Shown here piece after piece: positions 9,235 through 18,737 of a stretch of DNA of 32,000 nt (position 1 is the stretch's first letter; each line of letters begins with the position of its first letter). Source of the stretch: Horticoccus luteus (GTDB taxonomy: Bacteria; Verrucomicrobiota; Verrucomicrobiia; Opitutales; Opitutaceae); assembly GCF_019464535.1 (NCBI RefSeq), contig NZ_CP080507.1, forward strand, positions 1,440,001-1,472,000, written 5' to 3'. The translations under genes were made by a program, and so were the position numbers. The notes beneath the pieces are model-generated. The model ran no database searches, was not told where the DNA came from, and saw only the letters and a list, made by a program, of their open reading frames with translations.

Positions 9235-9906
9235 ATGAAGCGAGCAATGACGCGGTGCAAAACAAGATCGCACGTAGTGCTCGTGGCGGGCTTCGAGCCA
9301 TTCGGCGGCGACGCGATGAATCCGTCGGCCGAGATCGCGCGGGCGTTGGACGGGCGTGAAATCGGCGGGTGCGGGGTGCGCGGAGCGGTGCTGCCGTGCG
9401 CGTTTGGCGATGCGGTGGCAGAGTTGCGGCGACTGCTGCGGGCGCACCAGCCGGTGCTCGTGATCGGCGTGGGGCAGGCGGGCGGACGCGACGCGATCAC
9501 ACCGGAGCGCGTCGCGATCAACGTCGACGATGCGCGCATTCCGGACAACCGCGGGCGGCAGCCGATCGACCGGCCGGTCGTGGCTGGCGGGCCCGCGGCA
9601 TATTGGTCGACGCTGCCGATCAAGGCGATCGTGGCGGCGTTACAGGCGCGCGGCGTGCCGGCGGCGGTGTCGCAAACGGCGGGGACGTTTGTGTGCAATC
9701 ACGCGTTCTACGGATTGATGCATGCGTTGCGCCGGCGAAAAGGGGTGCGCGGCGGATTCGTGCACGTGCCGTGGGCGGACGAGCAAGGCAAACGCGGCCA
9801 GCCGGGTTTGCCGCTGGCCACGATGACCGAGGCGATCGCGACGGTCGTGGAGGTCGCGGTGACGACGCGACGCGATCGCCGCACGGGCGGCGGGCAGACA
9901 CATTGA
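9235..9906 (+). CDS. pcp: Pyroglutamyl-peptidase I (pyrrolidone-carboxylate peptidase)
   Basis: VLVAGFEPFGGDAMNPS..., ITPERVAINVDDARIPDN (catalytic Glu region), QTAGTFVCNHAFYGLMH (catalytic Cys) and GGFVHVP (catalytic His) are all present. An alternative start is Met5 at 9247. Confidence 0.92.
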   Translation: MKRAMTRCKTRSHVVLVAGFEPFGGDAMNPSAEIARALDGREIGGCGVRGAVLPCAFGDAVAELRRLLRAHQPVLVIGVGQAGGRDAITPERVAINVDDARIPDNRGRQPIDRPVVAGGPAAYWSTLPIKAIVAALQARGVPAAVSQTAGTFVCNHAFYGLMHALRRRKGVRGGFVHVPWADEQGKRGQPGLPLATMTEAIATVVEVAVTTRRDRRTGGGQTH

Positions 9907-9933
9907 CGCGGCGCGCCGCGCGTGGGCGCGAGA

Positions 9934-11037
9934 TCAGTTGTTAAACCGGAAGAGCGCGACGTCGCCGTCGTCGAAGACGTATTCTTTGCCTTCGAGGCGA
10001 TACTTGCCGGCTTCGCGCGCGGCAGCGGTCGAGCCGAGGCGTGCGAGGTCGGCGTAGCTGACGACTTCCGCTTTGATGAAGCCTTTTTCGAAGTCGGTGT
10101 GGATGACGCCGGCGGCTTGGGGAGCTTTCCAGCCTTTCTTGATCGTCCAAGCGCGGACTTCTTTCTCGCCGGCGGTGAAATACGTTTGCAGGCCGAGGAG
10201 GGCGTAGGTGCCGCGGATCAACGAGGAAACGCCGGAATCATCGACGCCGAAATCTTTGAGGAACGCTTTCGCCTCTTCGGGCGCGAGATCGATCAACTCG
10301 GCCTCGATCTTGGCACTGATCGGCACGTAAGCGGCGTCGTGATGCGTGCGGACGTAGTCGGCGACTTGCTGCACAAAGGGATTTTGCTCGGCGGTGGCGA
10401 GATCGCTTTCGGCGACGTTGCAGGCGAAGAGAACGGGTTTAGCGGTGAGTAATTGGATCAATTTCATCGCGGCCTTCTCGTCGTCGGTGGCAGGCAGCGT
10501 GTTGGCGGTTTTGCCGGCGTTGAGGTGGGGCTCGAGCTTCTGCAGGAGAGCGAGTTCCGCCTGCGCCTCTTTGTCGCCCGACTTGGCTTTCTTTTGCGTC
10601 TTGTCGATGCGTTTGGCGACGGCGTCGAGATCGGCGAGGACGAGCTCGGTCGTGATCACCTCGATGTCGCGGACCGGGTCGATCGTCCCCATGGTGTGAA
10701 CGATGTCGGAGTCCTCGAAGCAGCGCACGACCTGCACGATGGCGTCGACCTCGCGGATGTTGGCGAGGAACTGGTTACCCAAACCTTCGCCCTTGCTGGC
10801 CCCGGCGACGAGGCCGGCGATATCGACGAACTCGATGGCGGCGGGGATGACGACGTTGGTTTTGGCGATCTTTTGCAGGACGGCGAGGCGTTCATCTGGA
10901 ACGGTGACGACGCCGACGTTGGGATCGATCGTGCAGAACGGATAATTGGCGGCCTCGGCCTTGCGGGAACGGGTGAGCGCGTTGAAAAGAGTGGACTTGC
11001 CCACGTTGGGCAGGCCGACGATGCCAGCTTTGAGCAT
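9934..11037 (-). CDS. ychF: Redox-regulated ribosome-binding ATPase YchF
   Basis: [22 protein letters not shown]...[13 protein letters not shown] and the C-terminal ...[18 protein letters not shown] are classic YchF features. The start is ATG at 11035-11037, inside the longer track ORF. Confidence 0.95.
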   Translation of the reverse strand: MLKAGIVGLPNVGKSTLFNALTRSRKAEAANYPFCTIDPNVGVVTVPDERLAVLQKIAKTNVVIPAAIEFVDIAGLVAGASKGEGLGNQFLANIREVDAIVQVVRCFEDSDIVHTMGTIDPVRDIEVITTELVLADLDAVAKRIDKTQKKAKSGDKEAQAELALLQKLEPHLNAGKTANTLPATDDEKAAMKLIQLLTAKPVLFACNVAESDLATAEQNPFVQQVADYVRTHHDAAYVPISAKIEAELIDLAPEEAKAFLKDFGVDDSGVSSLIRGTYALLGLQTYFTAGEKEVRAWTIKKGWKAPQAAGVIHTDFEKGFIKAEVVSYADLARLGSTAAAREAGKYRLEGKEYVFDDGDVALFRFNN

Positions 11038-11139
11038 AAGACGGTCAACACAGCGGGGGAGTCGGGGCTTGACAAGCCATTTGCGGGTCCGTCTTGTCCT
11101 CAACTTTTCCAAGTAAGAATAGCTCCGTAAAACACTGTC

Positions 11140-11412
11140 ATGGCTCTCAAAATTCGTCTGACCAAGGTTGGCTCCGTGCACCAGCCGCTTTATCGCGTTG
11201 TCGTCGCGGAAGCGCGTTCCCGCCGTGACGGCGCCGCGGTCGAAAACATCGGCACCTACACTCCGAAGACCAACGGTAACCCGATCAATATCAAGCTCGA
11301 CCGCGTCGATTACTGGCTGAGCAAAGGCGCGCTGCCGACCGACACCGTTCACGCGATGATCAAGAAAGCCCGCCGGACCGAAGCGGCGACGGCGACGCCG
11401 GCGAGCGCCTGA
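11140..11412 (+). CDS. rpsP: 30S ribosomal protein S16
   Basis: MALKIRLTKVGSVHQPLYRVVVAEARSRRDG..IENIGTYTP is the bS16 signature. Confidence 0.95.
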   Translation: MALKIRLTKVGSVHQPLYRVVVAEARSRRDGAAVENIGTYTPKTNGNPINIKLDRVDYWLSKGALPTDTVHAMIKKARRTEAATATPASA

Positions 11413-11473
11413 GGCGAGACGTTCACCCAGGAAAAACTTTGATCGTGGGCCACCCGGCGCCCGATCTACCCGA

Positions 11474-11505
11474 AGCCTCGGATGCATTCCGGGGCTTTTC
11501 TTTTT
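11474..11505 (+). terminator. Rho-independent terminator-like hairpin downstream of rpsP
   Basis: An 8-bp stem AGCCTCGG / CCGGGGCT (one G-U pair) encloses a 7-nt loop ATGCATT and is followed by TTTCTTTTT. Confidence 0.6.
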
Positions 11506-11550
11506 AAGAAACGCTTCGTTTCCTGATCTTTTCTGCGCGAGGAATCAGCC

Positions 11551-12237
11551 GTGCCGCTGCATATTGACGTTCTGACGCTCTTTCCGCGGATGCTCGACGG
11601 CATTCTGGCCGAGAGCATTTTAGGGAAGGGTATTGAGGCGGGATTACTGAGCGTAAAAGTGCATGATTTGCGCGCGTGGTCGACGGACAAGCATCGCACG
11701 GCGGATGACCGGCCGTTTGGCGGCGGGGCGGGCATGGTGATGAAGCCGGAACCGGTCTTCGCCGCGATGGAGCAGTTGCAGACTCCTGGCTGCCGCCGCA
11801 TTTATCTCACGCCCGACGGCACGCCGTTGTCGCCGAAAATCGCGGAGGCGCTTTCGCAGGAAACGCATCTCATTTTTCTCAGCGGCCACTACGAAGGCAT
11901 TGATCAACGCATTCGCGACCACGTGATCGATCAGGAGCTGAGCATCGGGGATTACGTGCTCACCAATGGCACCTTGCCTGCGGCGGTGACGATCGATGCG
12001 TTGGCGCGTTTCATCCCCGGAGTGCTGGGCGAGGAAAAGTCGTTGACGCACGAATCCTTCACCAGCAAGTTGCTCGACTTTCCTCAATACACGCGTCCCG
12101 CCGAATATCGGGGCATGTCCGTCCCCGAGGTCCTTCTCTCGGGCAACCATGCCGAAATCGAGAAATGGCGGCACGCGCGACAGGTGGAGAAAACCCGTCA
12201 GGTCCGACCCGATTTACTCAATAACTCCGAGCCATGA
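11551..12237 (+). CDS. trmD: tRNA (guanine37-N1)-methyltransferase
   Basis: [10 protein letters not shown]...[24 protein letters not shown]...[10 protein letters not shown] is TrmD. It uses a GTG start with GAGGAA 7 nt upstream, one of the few SD-like sites in the window. Confidence 0.93.
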   Translation: MPLHIDVLTLFPRMLDGILAESILGKGIEAGLLSVKVHDLRAWSTDKHRTADDRPFGGGAGMVMKPEPVFAAMEQLQTPGCRRIYLTPDGTPLSPKIAEALSQETHLIFLSGHYEGIDQRIRDHVIDQELSIGDYVLTNGTLPAAVTIDALARFIPGVLGEEKSLTHESFTSKLLDFPQYTRPAEYRGMSVPEVLLSGNHAEIEKWRHARQVEKTRQVRPDLLNNSEP

Positions 12238-12605
12238 ACCCGATCATCACTGAGATCACCTCCGCGCAGGTGAAAAAAGACATTACGCCGTTCAAAACCG
12301 GCGACGGCGTGCGCGTGCACACGAAGGTCCGCGAAGGCGACAAAGAACGCGTGCAGGTTTATGCCGGCATCGTTATCGCCCGCAAGGGTCACGGCATTCA
12401 CGAGACGTTCACCGTCCGCCGCATCAGCTACGGCGAAGGCGTGGAGCGCGTGTTTCCGGTCAACTCGCCGAATATCGACAAGATCGAGGTCGAGCGCGTG
12501 TCCGAGCCGATGCGGGCGCGCCTCTACTATCTCCGCCAGCGCAGCGGCAAGGCCGCCGTGGCGGTGAAGAAGCGGGTCAGCCACATGGGCAACACGGCGA
12601 GCTAA
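12234..12605 (+). CDS. rplS: 50S ribosomal protein L19
   Basis: [59 protein letters not shown] is bL19. An ATGA overlap joins it to the trmD stop. Confidence 0.95.
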   Translation: MNPIITEITSAQVKKDITPFKTGDGVRVHTKVREGDKERVQVYAGIVIARKGHGIHETFTVRRISYGEGVERVFPVNSPNIDKIEVERVSEPMRARLYYLRQRSGKAAVAVKKRVSHMGNTAS

Positions 12606-12633
12606 GCTCCGCCGTTCGGCCCAACTCTTTACC

Positions 12634-12661
12634 AGCGAGCCGTTGCCGGCTCGCTTTTTTG
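12634..12661 (+). terminator. Rho-independent terminator after rplS
   Basis: A perfect 9-bp stem AGCGAGCCG / CGGCTCGCT with loop TTGC is followed by a T tract (TTTTTTG). Confidence 0.75.
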
Positions 12662-12719
12662 TGCCCAAGTTCGGACTTCCCGCGCTCGCCGATTCCCGCA
12701 ACCATCCTATGTTCCTCTC

Positions 12720-14711
12720 ATGACGCTTCAGACTCATCTCCTCGCCAAAGCCGCCAACCAAGCGCGTGGCCTCGCCATCGACGCCGTGCACACCTGCTCC
12801 TCCGGGCATCTCGGCCTGCCTCTCGGCTGTGCGGAAATCGGCGCGGTCCTTTACGGCCATGCGTTGGTGCACAATCCGGAGCGCCCCCGCTGGCTGAACC
12901 GCGATCGCTTTGTGCTCTCGGCCGGCCACGGCAGCATGTTCCTTTACAGCTGGCTGCACCTCAGCGGCTACGCGGTCTCGCAGGACGAACTGACGAAATT
13001 TCGCGCGCTGCACAGCATCACGCCGGGACATCCGGAATTTCGCGACACGCCTGGAGTCGAGGCGACGACTGGTCCGCTCGGACAAGGCATCGGCAACGCC
13101 GTCGGCATGGCGGTCGCGGGGCAAATGGCCGCGGCGCGCTTCAACACCGCCGACCACGCGATCTTCGACTACCATGTCGTCTGCCTCGCGGGAGATGGTT
13201 GCATGCAGGAAGGCGTGGCGATGGAAGCGATCGAATTCGCCGGCCACCAGAAACTGGACAACCTGATCCTGATTTACGATTCCAACGACGTCACGCTGGA
13301 CGCGATGGCGGCGAAGACGCAGAGCGAAAATACCGCGGCGCGTTTCAAGGCCATCGAGTGGGATGTGCAGACGGTCGACGGCCACGACATGCCGGCCTTC
13401 CTGAAGGCGTTCAACAAGGCGAAGAAGTCCAAGAGCGGCAAGCCCCAGCTCATCATCGCCAAGACGCTCATTGCCCGCGGCATTCCCGAAGTCGCCGGCA
13501 CGGCCAAAGGCCACGGCGAAGGCGGAGCCAAGTTTGCCGATGCCGCCCGTGCGGGTCTCGGCCTCCCGGCCGACCAGCACTTCTTCGTGAGCGACGATGT
13601 GCGGGCGTATTTCGCCGGCCACAAGCAGCGGCTCGTGCGCGCTTGCAACAAGTGGTCCAAGACCTACCGCGCCTGGCGCGAAGCGAACCCGGAAAAGGCG
13701 GCGTTGCTCGATTCGGCGTCGCAAGCGCCGAGCGCAGCGACGCTGTTGCAAAAGATCCCGGTCTTCCCCGCAGACGCGAAACTCGCGACGCGGGCGACGG
13801 GGCGCGATGTGCTGCAACCCATCGCGGCGGATCTGCCGTTGCTGATCGGCGGCAGCGCCGATCTTTACGGTTCGACGCTCAATTACATCGCGGCGGACAA
13901 GGATTTCGACACGACCAATCGCGCGGGCCGGAACATTCGCTTCGGCATTCGTGAGCATGGCATGGCGGCGATCGCCAACGGCATCGCCTACGACGGCCTG
14001 TTTCGCCCGAGTATCGCGACGTTTTTGGTTTTTGCGGACTATTCGCGGCCCTCGATGCGGCTCGCGGCGCTCTCGAAGTTGCCGGTGGTTTATATTTACA
14101 CGCACGATTCGGTCGGCGTCGGGGAAGACGGGCCGACGCATCAGCCGGTGGAGACGATCTCCGCGCTGCGCGTCATCCCGAATTTCGACGTGATCCGTCC
14201 CGCTGATCCTGAGGAGACCGCTGGTGCATTTGCCGCGGCCCTCGAGCGCGTGGACGGTCCCACGCTGCTTGCGTTGACGCGCCAGGCGCTGCCGACGTTG
14301 AACGAGATTCCGGTGGAAACGCGTCGTGAAGGAGCGCAGAAGGGCGGTTATGTGGCGGTGCGGGAGACGGCACCGCTCACGCACATCCTCTTGGCGAGCG
14401 GCAGCGAGCTGCAATACGCGGTTGCCGCTGCGAAGGAACTCGGGGCGGGCGTGCGCGTGGTATCGATGCCATCGTTCGAACGCTTTGACCGCCAGTCGGT
14501 GGAATATCGCGAATCGGTTTTGCCGCGCGATTGCCGCCGTCGGGTGTCCATCGAGGCGGGCGTGACCGATCTTTGGGCCCGGTATGTTGGGCTCGACGGC
14601 AAGTCCGTGGGCATCGACCGGTTCGGCCTGAGTGCGCCGGGCCCGGTGGTATTCAAGGAACTGGGTATCACGACCGACGCGGTGGTGGCAGCGGCCCGTT
14701 CGTTGAGCTGA
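12720..14711 (+). CDS. tkt: Transketolase
   Basis: [43 protein letters not shown] (ThDP motif) and [20 protein letters not shown] are present, over 663 aa. Confidence 0.96.
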   Translation: MTLQTHLLAKAANQARGLAIDAVHTCSSGHLGLPLGCAEIGAVLYGHALVHNPERPRWLNRDRFVLSAGHGSMFLYSWLHLSGYAVSQDELTKFRALHSITPGHPEFRDTPGVEATTGPLGQGIGNAVGMAVAGQMAAARFNTADHAIFDYHVVCLAGDGCMQEGVAMEAIEFAGHQKLDNLILIYDSNDVTLDAMAAKTQSENTAARFKAIEWDVQTVDGHDMPAFLKAFNKAKKSKSGKPQLIIAKTLIARGIPEVAGTAKGHGEGGAKFADAARAGLGLPADQHFFVSDDVRAYFAGHKQRLVRACNKWSKTYRAWREANPEKAALLDSASQAPSAATLLQKIPVFPADAKLATRATGRDVLQPIAADLPLLIGGSADLYGSTLNYIAADKDFDTTNRAGRNIRFGIREHGMAAIANGIAYDGLFRPSIATFLVFADYSRPSMRLAALSKLPVVYIYTHDSVGVGEDGPTHQPVETISALRVIPNFDVIRPADPEETAGAFAAALERVDGPTLLALTRQALPTLNEIPVETRREGAQKGGYVAVRETAPLTHILLASGSELQYAVAAAKELGAGVRVVSMPSFERFDRQSVEYRESVLPRDCRRRVSIEAGVTDLWARYVGLDGKSVGIDRFGLSAPGPVVFKELGITTDAVVAAARSLS

Positions 14712-14738
14712 CCGCCGCTGGGGCGCCGATAATCATTC

Positions 14739-14772
14739 GCGCGCGGAAACGGAAATTTCCGCGCGCGCTTTT
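14739..14772. terminator. Bidirectional terminator-like hairpin between convergent tkt and the DeoR-family gene
   Basis: An 11-bp perfect stem GCGCGCGGAAA (14739-14749) / TTTCCGCGCGC (14756-14766) is followed by GCTTTT on the + strand. It sits in the 60-nt convergent gap. Confidence 0.6.
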
Positions 14773-15548
14773 CAGGCCGGGCGCTTGCCCGTGAGCGTGA
14801 GCTTCGCGCCGGACGCGTGAATCGCTTTCACAACGGCGGGCGTGGGTCGGACGTCGGTCACGATCGTGAACCGCGGATCGAAGGGTGTCGTGAGACTGAG
14901 CGCTTTCCGGCCGAATTTCGAATTGTCCAACGCGAAGATGGTGCGTTCGGCAGCGGCGATCATTTTGCGCTGCGCGGCCACAATGAGGGTATTGTGATTC
15001 CAGATGCCGCTTTCGGTGATGCCCGCACCGCCAAGGATCGCGAGATCCGCGTGAGTTTGCTCGAACGACTGCTCGCACATCGGCCCGACCAAGACGCCGA
15101 GCCGGCTGTAGATGCTGCCACCGGTCACGATCGTCTCCACGCTACCGATCTCGCCGAAAAATCCCGCGACGGGCAGGGAATTGGTGATGACTTGCAGGCG
15201 TTTGTCGGCGAGCAGGCGCGCCACCGCGAAGGTCGTGCTGCCGCCATCGAGGATGACCGTCATGCCCGGCTGAACTTGAGCAGCGATGAGGCTGGCAATG
15301 GCAAATTTCTCTTCCGGGTGGCGCTGGTTACGCGCGATGAAATCATATTCTTGGGCCACCGCGTCGGCCTCCACGAGGGAGGCGCCGCCGTGGTGACGGC
15401 GCACGATGCCGCAGGTCTCCAGATGATCGAGCGCACGGCGGACCGTGGAGAGCGAGCCGGCGAATTTTTCCGCGAGCGTGCGGAGGTCGGCGTATTGATG
15501 CTCCCGGATGAAGCGTTCGATCAGGTCGATCCGCTGCTTGTGCGTCAT
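14772..15548 (-). CDS. DeoR-family transcriptional regulator
   Basis: The N-terminal HTH is RIDLIERFIREHQYADLRTLAEKFAGSLSTVRRALDHLE. The C-terminal DeoRC sugar-phosphate-binding-type domain includes TVILDGGSTT and AILGGAGI. Confidence 0.88.
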   Translation of the reverse strand: MTHKQRIDLIERFIREHQYADLRTLAEKFAGSLSTVRRALDHLETCGIVRRHHGGASLVEADAVAQEYDFIARNQRHPEEKFAIASLIAAQVQPGMTVILDGGSTTFAVARLLADKRLQVITNSLPVAGFFGEIGSVETIVTGGSIYSRLGVLVGPMCEQSFEQTHADLAILGGAGITESGIWNHNTLIVAAQRKMIAAAERTIFALDNSKFGRKALSLTTPFDPRFTIVTDVRPTPAVVKAIHASGAKLTLTGKRPA

Positions 15549-16636
15549 GAGATTGGTGTAGCGAGACGCAGGAAAAGGTCGAGGTAAGCGTCGACCTGCC
15601 GGGTGACGTCGAACGTTTCGCGGGCAAACGCCCGGGCGCGGGCGGCGCGCAGCGGATCAGCTTCGGCAAAACGCAGCACTGCGGCGCGGAAGCCGTGGCG
15701 ATCGCCCGGACGCAGCACCACGCCGGTTTCGCCAGGAATGAAGCACTCGCGGATACCCTGCGCGGCGCAGGCCACCGCCGGCAGGCCGTGCGCCTGGGCT
15801 TCGATGAGAAAGTTGGACAAAGATTCGCTGGTCGAGGCATGCACCGCGATGTCGCCGCCCGCATACAGGGCGGACGGGTCTTTCTGCCAGCCGAGGAATT
15901 TCACGCGCGCCGTGAGTCCGCGGGCCTCCGCGAGTTGTTCGCAGGCGGCGCGAGCCGGGCCGTCGCCAGCGAGCCAGAGTTGCCAGTCGAGTTCTGCCGG
16001 AAGACCGGCGGCGATTTCGATGAGCTCGCGCTGATTTTTTTCGGGTCGAAACATCGCGACGTTGAGCAGCACCGTCGTCGAGTCGCGCGCGCCGTGGACC
16101 GCGCGCACCGTGCCACGTGGTGAAGACGGAAGGGACTGCGGAGTATTCGCCGGAAAGACCAGAGAGTTGTAGATGACGGAGGAGCGAGCGGGAGCGAGGC
16201 GCTGCTCGACGAGGGCGTGATCGCGCGCCTCGCGGCTGTTGGCGACGACGTGCCGCACGCGGGGCAACGACCGCCGGAAAAGCCACGGCAGCGGTTTGCC
16301 GGTGCGCAGCGTGCCAACGATCGCGCAAGAGGGCAGGCGGCGTTGAAGGTGGCCGCTATAGCAATTGGCCATCCGTCCCATGCACAGAATCACCGCGGGG
16401 GCGAAGCGTCGGGCGCGCGACACGAGGCCCGGCGCAAACCAGTCGAGGTGCAGGTCGACCGGTTGCAGCGTGAGCCGGCTGACGGCGTTGCTGACCGTCG
16501 GGGCAAGGGGGCCGCCGGGACGAAAGGTGAGGAGGCCAACGGTGTGTCCGGCGTGAGCGAATTCGTTCGCGAGCAGGATCGATTGGCGCTCGGTGCCACC
16601 GCTGCGCAGATAGTCCTGCACGAGGAGGATTTTCAT
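15545..16636 (-). CDS. Glycosyltransferase, GT4 / Glycos_transf_1 family
   Basis: MKILLVQDYLRSGGTERQSILLANEFAHAGH is an N-terminal GT-B Rossmann region. The C-terminal ...HASTSESLSNFLIEAQAHGLPAVA... is a typical GT4 motif. The start ATG 16636 is Met18 of the track ORF. The stop overlaps the deoR-family start (ATGA). Confidence 0.85.
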   Translation of the reverse strand: MKILLVQDYLRSGGTERQSILLANEFAHAGHTVGLLTFRPGGPLAPTVSNAVSRLTLQPVDLHLDWFAPGLVSRARRFAPAVILCMGRMANCYSGHLQRRLPSCAIVGTLRTGKPLPWLFRRSLPRVRHVVANSREARDHALVEQRLAPARSSVIYNSLVFPANTPQSLPSSPRGTVRAVHGARDSTTVLLNVAMFRPEKNQRELIEIAAGLPAELDWQLWLAGDGPARAACEQLAEARGLTARVKFLGWQKDPSALYAGGDIAVHASTSESLSNFLIEAQAHGLPAVACAAQGIRECFIPGETGVVLRPGDRHGFRAAVLRFAEADPLRAARARAFARETFDVTRQVDAYLDLFLRLATPIS

Positions 16637-16692
16637 TGCGGGAGGGTCGGACAGGCGGAAAGTGGCAAGTCGGTTATTTTCATCCAAGCGTC

Positions 16693-17109
16693 ATGCAACT
16701 TCTTCTTCGCTGGCTCGTATTGGCAATTGGCGTCGTGCTCGCGGCGAAGCTGGTGCCGGGTATTCACTATACCGATGGCGTGACGCTGATCGTGGTCGTG
16801 GTGCTGCTGAGTTTTTTCAACGCGATCCTGAAGCCGCTGCTGGTGTTGTTTACGTTGCCGTTCATCGTGATGACGTTGGGTCTGGGCATGATTTTGATCA
16901 ATGCCTTGTTGTTTCTCTTCGTGGGGACGCTGGTGAGCGGGTTTTATGTGGAGGGCTTCTGGTCGGCGGTGGGCGGCTCGCTGATCGTGAGTTTTACGAA
17001 TTTCATCTTAAGCCGTGTCTTGCGGGCGAGCCCGCGGCGGCCGGGACCACCGGCGCCTCCGCCGCCGGCGCGGCGCAAGGATGATGGCGGCGACGTGATC
17101 GATATCTGA
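16693..17109 (+). CDS. DUF360 / phage-holin-4_2 family small membrane protein with a Pro/Arg-rich tail
   Basis: MQLLLRWLVLAIGVVLAAKLVPGIHY.DG..TLIVVVVLLSFFNAILKPLLVLFTLPFIVMTLGLGMILINALLF matches the YvlD/DUF360 four-helix pattern. The start ATG 16693 is Met20 of the track ORF. Confidence 0.75.
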   Translation: MQLLLRWLVLAIGVVLAAKLVPGIHYTDGVTLIVVVVLLSFFNAILKPLLVLFTLPFIVMTLGLGMILINALLFLFVGTLVSGFYVEGFWSAVGGSLIVSFTNFILSRVLRASPRRPGPPAPPPPARRKDDGGDVIDI

Positions 17110-17114
17110 GCGGG

Positions 17115-17146
17115 CGCGGGGCCAGGCGGCCCGCGAGTTTGAATTT
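17115..17146 (+). terminator. Weak terminator-like GC hairpin after the DUF360 gene
   Basis: A 6-bp stem CGCGGG (17115-17120) / CCCGCG (17130-17135) is followed by AGTTTGAATTT. The T tract is interrupted, so the call is tentative. Confidence 0.3.
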
Positions 17147-17189
17147 GACGGTGCTGGAAGGCGCCGCGACGGTGGACGCAACTCACACC

Positions 17190-18587
17190 ATGGCTGAATC
17201 TACGGAATACGATCTCGTTGTTATTGGTGGCGGTCCGGCGGGTTACGCGGGCGCCATCCGGGCCGGGCAGCTCGGCAAGCGCGTCGCGTGCGTGGAAATG
17301 GAGCGCGCGGGCGGCACCTGTTTAAACTGGGGCTGCATTCCGACGAAGGCGTTGCTCAAAAGCGCGGAGCTTTTTCAGAAGATCAAGAAGGCGGATACCT
17401 TTGGCCTCAGTGTGAAGGAGGCGGGCTTTGATTTCGCCAAGGTGATGGAGCGTTCGCGGGGCGTCGCGGGGCAGATGGCGAAGGGAGTCGAATTTCTCTT
17501 TCGTAAGAACAAGGTCGACTACTTCGTGGGGCGCGCGCAGGTCGCGGTGGCCGGGATGGTCGAAATCACCGAGGGCGAGCACAAAGGAAAGTTTCTCAAA
17601 ACGAAAAACATCCTCATCGCGACGGGCTGCAAAATGCGGCGGATTCCGGATCTCGCGGTGGATGGGGTGCGGGTGATGACCTCACGCGAGGCGCTGGCGG
17701 CGAAGACGCTGCCCAAGTCGATCATCGTGGTGGGCGCCGGGGCGATCGGAGTGGAATTCGCCTATTTCTATAACGCGTTTGGCTCGAAAGTGACGTTGGT
17801 GGAAATGCTGCCGCAAATCCTGCCGGTCGAAGACGAGGAGGTGGCGAAGACGCTGCACCGCGCGTTCGAGAAGCAAGGCATCGCGGTCCACACCGGCACG
17901 AAGTGTGAAAACTTCCGCGTCGGGAAAGATGCGGTGAAGGTCAACTTGGTGAAGGACGGCAAGACCGAGGAGATCGAGGCGGAAGTGGTGCTGTCGGCGA
18001 TCGGCGTGGTGCCGAATCTGGAGAGCGTGCTTTCGGCGAAAGTGAAGCTGGAGCTCGAGCGCAACTACGTGAAAGTCGACGACAGTTACCAGACCAGCGT
18101 GAAGGGCATTTACGCCGCGGGGGACATCATCGGACCTCCCTGGCTCGCCCACGTGGCCACCTATGAAGCGGTGAATGCGGTGAACGGATTGTTTGGCCAT
18201 GGGCCCGCGAAGCGCGTGAAAAGTTTCCCGGGGTGCACGTATTGTCAGCCGCAGGTGGCCAGCACCGGGTTGACGGAGAAGGCGGCGAAGGAAAAGGGCC
18301 TCGACTACAAGGTGGGCAAATTCCCTTTCACGGCGTCTGGCAAAGCGGTGGCGTCGGCGGAAGCGGAGGGATTTGTCAAAGTGATCACCGACGCGAAATC
18401 AGGCGAAATCTACGGCGCGCATATCATCGGTTCCGAAGCGACGGAGTTGATCGCGGAATACGGATTGGCGATTCACCTGGAGGCGACGGCCGAGGAAATC
18501 CACCAGACGATTCACGCCCATCCGACGTTAAGCGAAGCAGTGATGGAGGCGGCGGCGGCGACGCTGGGCGAAGCGATTCATATCTGA
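17190..18587 (+). CDS. lpdA: Dihydrolipoyl dehydrogenase (E3)
   Basis: The FAD motif is DLVVIGGGPAGYAGA and the redox-active disulfide is GGTCLNWGCIPTKALL. The NAD motif is IVVGAGAIGVEFA and the C-terminal interface is HAHPTLSEA. No E1/E2 genes are in the window. Confidence 0.93.
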   Translation: MAESTEYDLVVIGGGPAGYAGAIRAGQLGKRVACVEMERAGGTCLNWGCIPTKALLKSAELFQKIKKADTFGLSVKEAGFDFAKVMERSRGVAGQMAKGVEFLFRKNKVDYFVGRAQVAVAGMVEITEGEHKGKFLKTKNILIATGCKMRRIPDLAVDGVRVMTSREALAAKTLPKSIIVVGAGAIGVEFAYFYNAFGSKVTLVEMLPQILPVEDEEVAKTLHRAFEKQGIAVHTGTKCENFRVGKDAVKVNLVKDGKTEEIEAEVVLSAIGVVPNLESVLSAKVKLELERNYVKVDDSYQTSVKGIYAAGDIIGPPWLAHVATYEAVNAVNGLFGHGPAKRVKSFPGCTYCQPQVASTGLTEKAAKEKGLDYKVGKFPFTASGKAVASAEAEGFVKVITDAKSGEIYGAHIIGSEATELIAEYGLAIHLEATAEEIHQTIHAHPTLSEAVMEAAAATLGEAIHI

Positions 18588-18662
18588 AGCGCAGAGACTC
18601 GGGTCGCGGCAGGGTTTCCACTCGACACCGCGGACGCGGCGCGCATCAATTCGGCCGTTTTT

Positions 18663-18737
18663 GCGAGCGTAGCACAATGGATAGTGTAGTGGCCTCCGAA
18701 GCCATTGATCCGGGTTCGACTCCCGGCGCTCGCACCA
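18663..18737 (+). tRNA. tRNA-Arg (anticodon CCG), with encoded CCA end
   Basis: Manual cloverleaf fold: acceptor GCGAGCG/CGCTCGC, D arm GCAC-AATGGATA-GTGT, anticodon arm GTGGC-CTCCGAA-GCCAT (anticodon CCG), variable TGAT, T arm CCGGG-TTCGACT-CCCGG, discriminator A plus CCA. Confidence 0.9.

Noticed and set aside
9907-9920. A 14-nt perfect palindrome CGCGGCGCGCCGCG between convergent pcp and ychF, considered as a bidirectional terminator.
   Set aside because: It is pure GC with no flanking T or A tracts and essentially no loop. Such palindromes are expected by composition in GC-rich DNA.
11069-11074. A perfect TTGACA -35-like hexamer in the ychF/rpsP divergent spacer.
   Set aside because: There is no acceptable -10 hexamer at 16-18 nt spacing (TCTTGT follows). 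It also forms half of a weak GACAAG/CTTGTC inverted repeat. That is insufficient to call a promoter.
12198-14414. A 738-aa minus-strand ORF.
   Set aside because: It is fully antisense to transketolase, which has unmistakable ThDP motifs. The product is Arg-rich low-complexity with no start context.
16636-16692. A 19-codon N-terminal extension of the DUF360 ORF, starting at the same nucleotide as the divergent GT4 start codon.
   Set aside because: The extension (MREGRTGGKWQVGYFHPSV) is hydrophilic. It would place two start codons back-to-back with no promoter space. The family-typical hydrophobic N-terminus begins at Met20 (ATG 16693).
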